The position numbers and the translations under genes are program-made. The notes below the pieces were generated by a model. That model did no database searches and was not told the DNA's origin. It worked only from the letters and a program-made list of their open reading frames with translations. Shown piece by piece: positions 1 through 11,913 of a stretch of DNA of 64,000 bases (position 1 is the first letter of the stretch; each line of letters starts with the position of its first letter). This DNA is from Hypanus sabinus. Its lineage: Eukaryota. The stretch covers positions 13,578,001 to 13,642,000 of the forward strand of contig NC_082730.1 of the NCBI RefSeq assembly GCF_030144855.1, written 5' to 3'.

Positions 1-464
1 TGAGAAGCTCTCTTACTCTCAGAGAAGTAAGTTCCTTTGCTTCCTGCAATAAATCCAAAAGGTGGTCATCACAACTTGAGGAGTGCCCTTAAGTGTAATT
101 GAAACTAAAATACATGGTGGTAGGTTTATAGCCCTGGACTTTCCTTACAGACTGGTTCCCCCCATTTCTGCTTTCCAGTGGCCAGCTATGGGTTTAACTG
201 AGATTATTGGAAGTTCCATTTTACACAGCACGACACCAGCGTGCAACATTTTCCCTGTGTGCTGTATTTCCCTTGAATTGGGGAGCAGAGATGCAGCAAG
301 ACAATCAGTGGTTTTGAGAGCACAGCATCCGTGGGCCAGTCCATAATGTGTGTGTGGTGAATCCGAACACATTGAAGATAGTTCTTGCTCTTTAGTTGCC
401 TATATAGTCTTGAAGGTGTTGGTGAGTTACAGAGCCGCTGTGTAATGTAGCAGACCCTCACACC
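1..464 (-). other. Probable non-coding 3'-UTR exon of gene A
   Basis: tgtttttgtcttccag acceptor at 465-480 is a plausible partner for the unused donor at 2213; no AATAAA on the minus strand before the window edge. Confidence 0.5.
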
Positions 465-734
465 CTGGAAGACAAAAACAAAGAATGACTCATATTTTGC
501 AAAGCAGAATGCGAGCTTTGTGCTATCAATTTCTCCTTAACAATCATTAATTTAAGCACATGCTGATTAAAAGATACTATTGTGTCAATGAATAAAACCA
601 GAGAGTGCAAGATACCCAGCAGGTCAAGGAACTGACAGCCTGCCTGTAAATCCTATTGAAAGTTTTACAAGAGAATTTTGCAGGTGACATAAAGTTGATG
701 GTGTTGGATAGAGTAAAAGTTTGTCATAAATTAC

Positions 735-1745
735 AATAGGACATAGACAGCATGCAGTGCTGGGCTGAGAAATAACAGATGGAGTTCAATCCAGAGAGGT
801 GTGAAGTGATACACTTTGGAAGGTTCAAACCTGAAGGTAATACTTTCAGCGCTGTGGAGAAACAGAGAGATCCCGGTGTCCATGTCCATAGATTCCTCAA
901 AGTTGCCCTGCAAGTTGTTAGGGTGATTAAGAAGGTGTACAGTGTGTTAGCCTTCATTAGGAAGAACAATAGGAAGGTAGATGAAGGGCAGGTAGATAGA
1001 TAGAGAGGCTACAGAAGGTCAGACAGATTAGGAGAATGGGCAAAGAAATGGTGATGAAATACAGTATTGGGAAGTGTATGGTCATGCACTTTGTTTGAAG
1101 AAATAAAAATGTTGACGTTTTCTAAATAGAGAGAAAATGCAAAAAAAAAACTGAAGGAGACTGAGTTCAAGAGCCACAAAGTAATGTTGAAGCTCCATAA
1201 AACTCTGATTAGACCACTCTTGGAGTATCATGTTCTGTTCTGGAAGGATGTGGAAGCTTTAGAGAGGGTGCGGAGGAGATTACCAGGACGCTGCCTGGAT
1301 TAGAGAGCATGTCTTACAAGGAAAGGTTGACTGAGCTAGGGCTTTTCTCTTTGGAGTGAAGGAGGATGAGAGGTGACTTGATAGAGATTTATAAATGACA
1401 AGAGGCATAGATGGAGTGGATAGCCAGCACCTTTTTCCCAGGGTGGCAATGACTAATAGGAAAGTGTTTAATTTTGAGGTGATTGGAGGAAAGTGTAGGA
1501 AGGATGTTAGAGGTATGTTTTTGTTACATAGAAGATGGCAGTGGGTGCATGGAACACGCTGCCAGGGGTGTTAGTGCAGACAGATACTTTAAGGACACCT
1601 AAGAGACTCTTAAGCGAATGGATAAAAGAAAAAATAGCTATGTGGGAGGGAAAGGTTAGATTGATCTTGGAGTAGTTTAAAAGATCGTCACAACATCATG
1701 GTCTGAAGGACCTATACTGTGCTGTACTGTTCTATGGTCTTTGTT
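735..1745 (+). mobile_element. Degenerate CR1-type LINE 3' fragments
   Basis: MEFNPERCEVIHFG.., frameshifted RT C-terminus, (tactg)n/ctatg tail. Confidence 0.7.
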
Positions 1746-2227
1746 CTAGTCAACAGTTAATCTGCAGTTGGAGGCATTAAAAAGGCATTAGTTATGTCAA
1801 GCTGTAATCAAAGAAGAAGGAAAGAGGACTTGTTTCACAGCAAAGTGCTCCCTCATCTTGATCAACACAGATATAGAATAATTGAAGACTATGGCATAGC
1901 AGGAGCATATTCAGTCCATTGCATGCTATTTAAACTTTGAGAAACAATTGTTTTAATAGAAACAATGTAAATACCATTGGTACTTTATAATTGGCAAATG
2001 CTTACTTCTAAAGTCTATGGTCTATTTACAGTGTTGTGTTTTCATTTCTTTTTTTTTAAACTTTTTTTATTGCATTTTTAAATGATTACAAAGTATACTT
2101 TGTGTTTTCATTTCTGAAGTATTTATAAACAGCTGTTTCCAAAGAATAGCTCTTAGGTGTTCTTAAGGATGAACTTACAAGTACAGAAACAATTAACTTG
2201 AAAAAAACCTTACCAGGTTTTCTTTGT

Positions 2228-2324
2228 CTATATTCTCATGGCCACTATACCCCAGAGAAGAAGAATGACAAAAAAGATCCAACGTAAAATGTTCCATATG
2301 AAATGGTATTTGGAACTAATTTTC
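2228..2324 (-). CDS. Gene A exon 4: transmembrane segment with Arg, then stop (KISSKYHFIWNILRWIFFVILLLWGIVAMRI*)
   Basis: ctttcctcacag acceptor, phase 2; hydrophobic helix with WxxLRW; TAG at 2230-2228; exon continues to 2214, then a gtaagg donor. Confidence 0.88.
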
Positions 2325-2434
2325 CTGTGAGGAAAGAGGCAGCTAGTTTAATCAAAAACATTCATGACATGTACAGAAGGATGTGTGAACCAATATTTGT
2401 ATTTGATTGCAAGATAGTTGTGGTGTTGGTGACC

Positions 2435-2670
2435 TGTTATGCTGTTGGCCTGTTATATTGTAGGCTCGCTATGCTGTTGGCCTGTTTTGTTGCAGGCTTG
2501 CAGGCTGTTGGCCTATTATGTTGTGGGCTCGTTATTCATTTGGCTGGTTATGTTGTTGTCTTGCTATATTGTAGGCCCTTTATGCTGTTGGCCTGATATG
2601 TTGAGGGCTTGTTATGTTGTAGGCTCATCATGCTGTTGGCCCATTATGTTATTGACCCATTATGCATTTG
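2435..2670 (+). repeat. About 16-bp minisatellite (~15 copies, TGTTATGYTGTDGGCY-like)
   Basis: Direct reading of repeated units such as tgttatgctgttggcc and tgttatattgtaggct. Confidence 0.8.
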
Positions 2671-2792
2671 ACCTATCTAAGGGCCTCTTAAATGTCCCTA
2701 ATGTATCTGCCTCTACCACCACTCCTGGCAGCACTATTGATGCCTCATGTTTTATTTCTATATCTCATGAGCCATCAGCTGACCATGTAGAT

Positions 2793-2873
2793 CAGGGGTT
2801 CCCAACCTCTTTTTATGCTCTAGAGCCTTACGGTTAACAAAGGGGTCCATGGACCCCAGGTTGGGAACCCCTA
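2793..2873. mobile_element. 81-bp hAT (Charlie-type) MITE
   Basis: TIRs CAGGGGTTCCCAACC / GGTTGGGAACCCCTA; 8-bp TSD atgtagat/aggtagat. Confidence 0.8.
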
Positions 2874-3282
2874 AGGTAGATGTAAAGGTCATGCAATGAG
2901 TGGGAAATTGCAAGTCAAACACATTGCTTTGAGTACTGAGTTATACATATGCCAGACTATGCAAGGCTGGCAGACTTCCTTCCCTAAAGGACATTGATAA
3001 ACTAGACGTATTTTCACAAAAAATATCTTTTTGATATTAGTTTATTTTCTATATCAATTTAATTAATGTCATTAATTAAATGAGTATTAATTTTTTATCT
3101 GATTTGTTGGAATTTGAACCCCTGATTTCCCAGATCAGTGATGCGATATGATTACTGCCTTGCTTCTAAACCTTTGCTGCAGTCCATGTTGCACAGTGTA
3201 GTGAAGAGAAGGACTGTGAGGTGAATCAGACTCTCACGTGCTTTCTTTGTGCAGAGTAACAGGTAATGTTACCTCGTGACAG

Positions 3283-3470
3283 GATGGTGGAGCAGTTAGT
3301 GCTGGTACCTCCCATTTCCATGGACTGAGGTTCAATCCCGAACTTGGATGCTTCTTGTGCGGAGTTTCCATGTTGCCTTCCCCCAAATGCTCTGGTTTCC
3401 TCCCATCACCAAAAGACTTACTGATTGGCAAACTGAACACTGTAAACTGCCCCTTAGTGTTGGTTAATGT
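3283..3470 (+). mobile_element. V-SINE/HE1-like SINE
   Basis: tRNA-like head (ggttcaatccc) and V-core gtgcggagttt..gctctggtttcctccc; many related copies in the window. Confidence 0.65.
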
Positions 3471-3539
3471 TAAAAAGATGCAAAGGGAGTTGATAGGCAT
3501 TTGTGAGAGAGAATATGTAGCTGGGATACAGGGAAACAG

Positions 3540-4892
3540 CTAGAGTTCATTATTAAGGATGAAATAGTGGCATATCTAGATAGCAGTGATAGGATTGGGC
3601 CGAGCCAGCATGGATTTACCAAGGGTAAATCATGCTTGACTAATCTGTTGGAGTTTTTCGAGGATGTAATCAGGAAGTCAGACAAGGGAGATCCAGTGGA
3701 TGTAGTGTACCTCGATTTTCAGAAGGCATTTGATAAGGTCTCACATAAGAGATTGGTGGGTAAAATCAAAGCTCATGGCATTGGGGGGAAGACATTGACA
3801 TGGATAGAAAACTGGTTGGCAGATAGAAAGCAAAGGGTAGCGGTGAATGGGTGTTTCTCGGAATGGCAGGTGGTGACTAGTGGGGTGCCACAGGGCTCAG
3901 TATTGGGACCACAGCTGTTTACAATTTACATCAATGATTTAGATGAAGGCACTGAGAATAACATCAGCAAATTTGCTGATGATACTAAGCTGGGTGGAAG
4001 TGTGACATGTGATGAGGATGTTAGGAGAATTCAGGGTGACTTGGATAGGCTGGGTGAGTGGGCAGATACTTGGCAGATGATGTTTAATGTGAATAAGTGT
4101 GAGGTTATCCACTTTGGGAGTAAGAACAGGAAGGCAGATTATTATCTGAACGGTGTAGAGTTAGGTAAGGGAGAAATACAAAGAGATCTAGGAGTCCTTG
4201 TTCATCAGTCACTGAAGGTGAATGAGCAAGTGCAGCAGGCAGTGAAGAAGGCTAATGGAATGTTGGCCTTTATTACAAAGGGAATTGAGTACAAGAGCAA
4301 GGAAATCCTTTTGCATTTGTACAGAGCCCTGGTGAGACCACACCTGGAGTATTGTGTACAGTTTTGGTCTCCAGGGTTAAGGAAGGACATCCTGGCTGTA
4401 GAGGAAGTGCAGCGTAGGTTAATTCCTGGGATGTCTGGACTGTCTTACGCAGAGGGGTTAGAGAGACTGGGCTTGTACACGTTGGAATTAAGGAGATTGA
4501 GAGGGGATCTGATTGCAACATATAAGATTATTAAGGGATTGGACAAGATAGAGGCAGGAAATATGTTCCAGATGCTGGGAGAGTCCAGTACCAGAGGGCA
4601 TGGTTTGAGAATAAGGGGTAGGTCATTTAGGACAGAGTTAAGGAAAAACTTCTTCTCCCAGAGAGTTGTGGGGGTCTGGAATGCACTGCCTCAGAAGGTA
4701 GTGGAGGCCAATTCTCTGGATGCTTTCAAGAAGGAGCTAGGTAGGTATCTTATGGACAGGGGAATCAAGGGATATAGGGACAAGGCAGGAACCGGGTATT
4801 GATAGTAGATGATCAGCCATGATTTCAGAATGGCGGTGCAGACTCGAAGGGCTGAATGGTCTACTTCTGCACCTATTGTCTTTTGTCTATTG
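3540..4892 (+). mobile_element. Young 5'-truncated CR1-type LINE with a 411-aa open RT ORF
   Basis: ORF 3567-4802: QHGFTKGKSCLTNL, YLDFQKAFDKV, GVPQGSVLGP, FADDTKL; ctattgt repeat tail. Confidence 0.92.
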
Positions 4893-5099
4893 AAAGAGAG
4901 AAGGGACTGGATTGATGGGATTGGCCAAAAGTGTTGTAATAAGAATACCCTATCCATATAAATTAAATTAATTTTTAGGGACTGGTAAATTTTATAAACA
5001 ATATTTATTCCCAGAAGTCCATAGATCACTAATGATAGGAGCAGAATTAGGCCATTTGGTCCAACAGGTGTGCTCTGTCATTTGATCATGCTGATTAAC

Positions 5100-5390
5100 T
5101 TATTTAGAGATACAGCGCAGACCAGGTTACTCCAGCCCAAAGAGCTGAATCTGCCAGCAACCCACCTATTTAACCCGAGCCCAATCACGGGACAACGTAC
5201 AATGACCAATTAATCCACTAACCAGCACGTCTTTGGAACGTGGGAGGAAACTGGAGCACCTGAGGAAACCCACATCGTCACGGGGAAATAGTACAAACTC
5301 CTTACAGGTAGTGCCAGAATTGAATTCTGAACTCCTATACCCTGGGCTATATTTGTGCTACACTAACCACTACGCTACTGTGGTGCCCTA
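5100..5390 (-). mobile_element. V-SINE/HE1-like SINE
   Basis: Reverse-complement core tgggaggaaactggagcacctgaggaaacccac. Confidence 0.7.
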
Positions 5391-6289
5391 TTTATTTTCC
5401 CTCTCAACGCCATTTTCCTGCCTTCTCTCCATAACCTTTGGCACCTTTACTAATTAAGTACCTATCAATCTCAGTTTTAAATGTAACCAGTGATTGGATC
5501 TCCCCAGGAGTATGTGGCATCGAATTCCCCATATTCACCTCTCTAATGGCTTGGTAGACCATTAAAAATATGCCTAAATTTAATGCAATAAAGCTTAATA
5601 TTTTCAGGGCTTTTTTAAACTGATACTAGCTCAAAATCCTGAATATTAGTTTGTTAATGTAACCAAACTCCTTCTAGCGTGCTACCTGTAGGAGTCATGT
5701 ACTGTTTCTATTTTCCTATTTTCTGTCTGTACGTATTGTATTTTATGTTGCAAGCTTTATTTTGGGTTATGATAATTTGCCACGTGGGTTGGGTGTGGTA
5801 CAAACAAATGAGTACAGTCATATTTTCACCCTTTGTGTTGTTAGTTTAGTTAGAGATAGAGACTGAGCAGGGCTTGGATTTTTTTTTTGTTGACTGCCTA
5901 TTTACTTATATCATTAATATTGTTTATCGCTGTATAAAATCGTTCGTCTTTGCTGGTTTTGTAATAAAGGATATAATGTACTTTTTTTCACTTGGAACAC
6001 CATTATTTGGAGATGTGGCATTCAGTATTGAGTTGTTCAGTCAGTCTCTCAATAATTTTGGTTTCCTTTTCAAGTAATCGCTTCTGTCCCACCAAATTAA
6101 ACTGCAGATCATCTGAAACCAGCAAGCTGCACTAGTTTCAGCAAGTGCTGGTAGTGTTTACATTATAATCACAACATTAGGGCATAGGCATCAGCAGGAG
6201 AAATTTAGCACATTGATTCCCTATCACCCATTTTACATTTTTGCATGATCAATAATATTCACTTGACTCAAACAGTTTAAAATAAACCT

Positions 6290-7350
6290 TTGATTTCCTA
6301 AAGCAGATGACACCACTGCAGGTAAAATCCTAGATGATGACAAAGAGGCAGAGAGGATTGAGAAAGATTTGTTGGCTGAATGCGACAACCTCGCCTTCAA
6401 TGTCAATAAAACCAAGGAATTAATTGTGGACTTCAGGAACAGGGCATTGGGAGAACACACACCAGTCCACATTGAGGAGACTAGTCATGATGGAAAGAGT
6501 GAGCAGCTTCTAGTTTCTGGATGTCAACATCTCCAAGCTTCTATCCTGCTCATAACACATTAATGTGACTACAAAGAAGGCTCTCCTTCATTAGGAGTTT
6601 GAGGAGATTTGGCATATCAACAAAGATTTGCAACTTGTACAGATGTAAAGTGGAGATCATTCTGACTGCTTGCATTACACCCGGGTATAGAGGCTTCAAT
6701 GCACAAGATTGCAGAAAGCTGGAGAGGATTGTAGACTCAACCAGTTCCATGGCAGGCACAACCTTCCCACCATCAAGGGCATCTTTAGGAGGTGGTGCGT
6801 TAAGAAAGTGGCATCCTTTATTAAGATCACTCATCATTGGGGTGCTTGGCTGGTGGCGTTGTGGCATCAGCACTGGACTTCGGGGCGAGAGGTCCTGAGT
6901 TTTTTCATCCAGCTGGCTCCCTTGCACGCTTTCCATCTGTGCTGGGTTAGGAGCTGGTGATCTCTTAAAAAAAACTCACCCGGCAGAAGGCAACGTACAT
7001 GATTTCCCAATATGCCAGAGCGGCGTGGAGGGAAATCGTCCACCAACTGGAAATTCCAGATGCGGCCTACTGATGATGACATCATCGGGGACATGGCCTT
7101 TTCTCATTTCTACCATCAGGGAGAAGGTACAGGGGAACGTGAAGACCTACACTTATTTAGGAACAGCTTCTTCCCCTTCATCACCAGAGTTCTGAACAGT
7201 CCATAATCCTATGAATACTATCTTGTTATTCCTGTTATTTGTGCAATTTATTTATTTTGTAAATTATATTAATTTTATGTTTTTGTTCTGTTCTGCTGCT
7301 GCAAAGCAACAGGTTTTACATCACACAAGACAGTGATAATAATCCTTATT
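6290..7350 (+). mobile_element. Rex1/Babar-type LINE fragment containing a nested SINE
   Basis: ADDTT..NLAFNVNKTKELIVDFR, YRCKVEIILTACIT. Confidence 0.75.
6838..7079 (+). mobile_element. tRNA-derived SINE with (GAT)n tail inserted in the Rex1 fragment
   Basis: A/B-box-like head, tgatgatga tail, CATCAT duplication at 6832-6837 and 7080-7085. Confidence 0.7.
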
Positions 7351-7481
7351 TGGAGTCTGATTTTGACCTGTAGAACCTCGAAGTATCATTAATCATCCCA
7401 TGTACAGCAGTCATCATTACAGTTGTGCAGATATACAGCGAGTGCTTGTAAGGTATAATTTTATAAAGATTTTGCTTTTAC

Positions 7482-7533
7482 CCAATTTCCTGTGCTGATA
7501 AGTAATCTGTGACTGGAGGAAGTAACTGATGAC
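7482..7533 (-). CDS. Gene A exon 3: short stalk (S-HQLLPPVTDYLSAQEI-G)
   Basis: ttcccttatttttaacag acceptor, GG|gtaaaa donor; 52 nt, phase 1 to 2, exactly bridging the V and TM exons. Confidence 0.8.
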
Positions 7534-7856
7534 CTGTTAAAAATAAGGGAAATATCTGTCAGGTGGTTGGGCAAGTAAATGTTTATTATAAGCTGCACCA
7601 TTTACTTTGCACTAAGCAAGTGCTGTATTTAAAATATATTGGCATGAAATTAATACCCATAGGAAATAGCTTAATTTCTTAATAGATTTTTATTTATTTT
7701 TTAGAATAGTACAGCACATGAATAGGCACTTCATTCCATTGTTTCTGTGCTATGATGCCAAATGAAAGAACTTGCATCTTCCATGCACATGATCCATATT
7801 CCTCCCTTCCCTTCATGTTCATGAGTCTGTCTAAATGCCTCTTAAATATCGCTCCA

Positions 7857-8215
7857 ATGTTATCGGTGGCAAGGTGGAAGTATGTCTCTACCATGTCTGA
7901 GCTAGCCTGTAGTCACCCTTGGGCAAGGTGTAGCACTCGCTTAGCCCCTGATCAGGGTCATGAGAAGCCTTGGGAGCAGGCAGTGATTGGTCGTATGAGC
8001 AGAGGGTGCTTATCACAAGCCCTCGTTATGACACCAGGCAGACAATTGCCGAAGAGTATTGACAATGGCTGGGGTCAACCCAGCTTTGTAAAGGAACTGC
8101 CCAGAAGAAGGCAATGGCAAAGCACTTCTGTAGAAAAATTTGCCAAGAACAATCACGGTCATGGAAGGATCATGATCGCCCATGTCTTACAACATGGCAC
8201 ATAATGAACAAGCGA
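7857..8215 (+). mobile_element. Short interspersed repeat (RTE-related SINE), second copy at about 44480-44830
   Basis: Shared gtcacccttgggcaaggtgtagcac..gcttagccc..gatcagggtca and gcaaa.cacttctgtagaaaaatttgcc; interrupts a CR1 3' fragment. Confidence 0.6.
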
Positions 8216-9265
8216 ATCATGCCTGCTTGCACCACCACCTCTCACAACATAAATGGGTATGAGCTATAACCTGATAATAGACAGATTTGAATTGTTTTCT
8301 CTGGATCACTAGAAGCTGACGGAAGATCTATTAGTTTATAAAATTATGAGAAACATAGATAGGGTAGATGGAGTCTTTCCCAGGAGGGAAATGTCAAATA
8401 GTAGAAGGCAAAACCTTAAGACTAAAGGGGGAAAATTTAGGGGAGATGTGCAGGGAGAGTTTTATGTTACCCAGATGCTATGTGCCTTTCTTTATAGCTC
8501 ATATCCACTATGCTGTAAGCATCATGGTGAACTTCCCAGACACCCTCTCCAAATCTTCTCCACCCTTAATGTTATGGGACAACCAGAACCAAACAGTAAC
8601 TCCAAATGTGGCCTGATCAAACTTTCATACAGCTGCAACATGATTCCAAGAATTTTATACTCAGTACCCCGGCAGCTAAAGGCAGGCATGCTAAATGCCT
8701 TACTTATCATCCTGGTTATTTATTTTCGTTTAGGGATACAGCATAGGACAGGTTCTTTAGGCCCTTTGAGCTGCACCGCCCAGCAATCGATTTAACTATA
8801 ACCTAATCACAATGACCAATTAACCTACTAGCCAGTACGTATTTGTGTGTGGGAGGAATCTGGGAGGTCTGGAGAAACCCCACAAGAAGTGTCCTTACGG
8901 AGGACCCTGGGATTAAACTCTGAATTCTGACACCCCAAGCTGTAATATCGTTGTGCTAACCGTGATGTTACTGTGGCGTCTTTTGATGTTGCCACTTTCA
9001 AGAGCAATGGATTTGACCTCAAAATCCCACTGTGCATCAATGGTCTTAAGGTCCTGCCATTCACTCAGTATTTTCCCCTTACATTTGACCTCCCCAAATG
9101 CAACACCTCACACTTTTCAAATTAAATATGAACTGCCCTTTCTCTGCTCATATATACAATACAATTCTGTTGAAAGCTTTGAACAATTTAGCAAATTATG
9201 CATTAAACCATGCAGCAGTCTATGCAAAAAGCATGAATAATTACAGAAGTATGTTCAAGCCTTAC

Positions 9266-9598
9266 TTTCAAAGATGTCCAGTTTTACAGGAGTTTGCAGG
9301 TCCATCAAAAATCTCGTAATTCCACACCAGTACATGTCTTGATCATTCAGAGTTAGCTGGTCCATTGTGACTGTAAACTCCCCGGCTCTTTTATCATCTT
9401 TAATGCTTATCCTGCCTTCAGAGATTGTCTTCTCAGAGCCTTGAGTTTTTACCAGAATGGTACAGGCTGACCTGCTCCTGCCTTTGCACCAGTATTTCTG
9501 ATAGTTGCGGTAATGCATGTGGTAGGTACAGGTAATCTGGACTGAATCTCCCTCATTTCCATTTACTACTTGTGGTCCTCTTAGAGTAGCATTTGCAA
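9266..9598 (-). CDS. Gene A exon 2: Ig V-set domain, CD300/pIgR-like
   Basis: cag acceptor and gtaagg donor, 333 nt, phase 1-1; ITC...KYWCKG...C...GRISIKDD...FTVTMDQL...DQDMYWCG, with the extra C-C' cysteine pair typical of CD300/pIgR. Confidence 0.95.
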
Positions 9599-9719
9599 CT
9601 GTTCAATGTGAAAATACAATGGACATGTTAAAGTATAATAATTGCAACAGATTAATAACTCAGTAGCACATGAAAATTTCTGGAATGATTTATCAGATCA
9701 GGCAGCATCAATGGAAGGA

Positions 9720-10195
9720 AATAAACAGCCTACATTTTGCACTGATTTCTCTAACATCTGGTAATTACCCCACCTTTATTTCCCCCATTTTCCATCATTA
9801 TTCTGGTTACCCATTCATCCCTTCTCTTCTCCTCTCCCACCCTCATTACCTGCCCATCACTTCCTTGTGGTTCCCCATCCCCTCCCCTTTATTCCATGAT
9901 CCACATCTCTTCTTCAGCCCTTTACCCTTTCCCCCTCATCTCTCCTAGCTTCTCCCTCCCCACCTATCTCTTCATATGGATTCCTCTATCACCTACCAGC
10001 TTGCACTCCTCCCACTCCTCCCGTGATCTTATTCTTGTTTCTGCCCCGTTTCTTTCCAGTCCTAGTGAAGGGTCTCCACCTGAAATGTCAACTGTTTATT
10101 TCCCTGCATAGAAGCTGCCTGATCTGCTAATTTCCTCCAGCACTTTGTGAATGTTGCTCAAGATTTCCAGCACCTTCAGAAGCTCTTCTGTCTCA
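9720..10195 (+). mobile_element. Penelope-type 3'/pLTR fragment
   Basis: Pyrimidine tract then gaagggtct..cctgaaatgtcaactg..gctgcctga..ccagca, shared with many copies. Confidence 0.6.
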
Positions 10196-10307
10196 TAACT
10201 CTGAGTGTTCACTTGAGCACTTAAGAGCAATTGAAATTATGGTCCTTGTGTCCTAACTCGCACCAAGCTCCAATTACCTGACATCTTTGCAATTGCTGAT
10301 CTTTTCT

Positions 10308-11913
10308 TTCTTTTTCTTTTTCTTTTTCCATCTTTTTATTATCATTATTAATAACAACAAAATAAAATTGGTACATAGATAATGGGATTACAAAATGTAC
10401 ATATTTCAACTAACTATAAAAGATTACAAAAGCAATGATTACAGTATAAATGAGTATTCCCACATCGTAAAAGATACAATATACAAATAGACAAGGCAAA
10501 GCTGGGGGTATCATAATATAGAATAAAAAGAAAAAATAAAAAGGAAAAAAAATTCATTATGCAAACAAAACTAATCTAAAAATCTAATAACTAATAGAAG
10601 AAAAAAAACAAAAAAGAAATAAAAGAGAAAATAAAAAAGAGCGAAAAAATAAAGGGCTGTTTATAATATCTCACAAAAATACAAAATCATCAGTGTTGTC
10701 AACTCTGATCCTCTTGACATATATGAAATCAAAATTGGAAAATCAAATGGGCCTGGAACAGGGTCCTATTACATCATATGAAAATATTGAATAAATGGTC
10801 TCCATATCTTTTCAAATTTAGTAGAAGTGTCAAATACACCACTTCTAATTTTTTCTAAATTTAAACATATTATTTGAGAAAACCAATGAAATACAGTAGG
10901 AGGATTAATTTCCTTCCAATTCAACAAAATAGATCTTCTCGCCATTAGTGTAAGAAATGCAATCATTTGACAGGCGGAATAAGATAAATGAAGTGAGTCC
11001 ATCATTGGTAAACCAAAAATTGCGGTGATAGGATGGGGTTTTAAATCAATGTTCAATACCACAGAGATAATGTCAAAAATATCTTTCCAATATTTTTTCA
11101 AAAGCGGACACAACCAGAACATATAAGTTAAAATTGCCTAATTTTAGATTTTATTATTGGGCAGTTAATATCAGATATTTGATATGTTGGTTGAAAGATT
11201 GGCCTGGAAATTAAATCGGTACCAGGTTTTGCACTGGGTTCTATTTTGGGGACTTCTCTCCCTTTTGCTCTTTCTAAATTGCCGAAACGAATTGACAACC
11301 CGATAGTTAAACATACTTTACGTATATGGTTTCAATTTTGGAAATTTTTTGGGTTGACTCAGTTTGTTTTAAATATTCCTATTGTATCCAATTGTTTTTT
11401 TCACCCTTCAATTATAGACCAAGCTTATTCGGCTTGGAAGACTAAGGGATTACTACGATTTTCTGATTTATTTTTGGATAATAGTTTTATGTCTTTTGAG
11501 CAATTATCTAATAAATATAATTTGCCTTGATTTAATTTTTTTAGATATTTACAGATTAGGAATTTTTTAAATACTGTACTTCCTACTTTTCCAAATTTTG
11601 TGTCTTCAGGTATTTTGGAGAATTTGTTTCAATTAAACCCCTTTCAGAAAGGGCTTATATCAAAACTTTATAATATAATTATGAAGATACGTTCAGAGCC
11701 CCTTTATAAGACAAAAATGATTGGGAAAGAGAGCTTAACCTTATTATTCCTATTGAGAATTGGGATAGAATTCTTCAATTAGTTAATACATCATCTATAT
11801 GTGCCAAACATTCACTAATACAGTTTAAGGTCGTACATAGGGCCCATATGTCCAAGGATAAATTGGCTCATTTTTATTCTTATATAAATCCTATTTGTGA
11901 TAGATGTCAATCT
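10308..11913 (-). mobile_element. L1-clade LINE 3' part with 5' inversion
   Basis: ORF2 C-terminus on minus (FWLCP..LEKIR..IWRPF) to about 11146; the upstream ORF2 segment reads on plus (11150-11913, ending CDRCQS); TSD gcygatcttttct at 10295-10307 and 11914-11926. Confidence 0.88.

Noticed and set aside
83-461. Overlapping ORFs at the window start as coding exons
   Set aside because: Gene A already stops at 2228, and there are no recognisable domains; best read as 3' UTR
2303-2837. Hydrophobic Cys/Tyr-rich ORFs
   Set aside because: Translation products of the minisatellite, the CR1 fragment and the MITE
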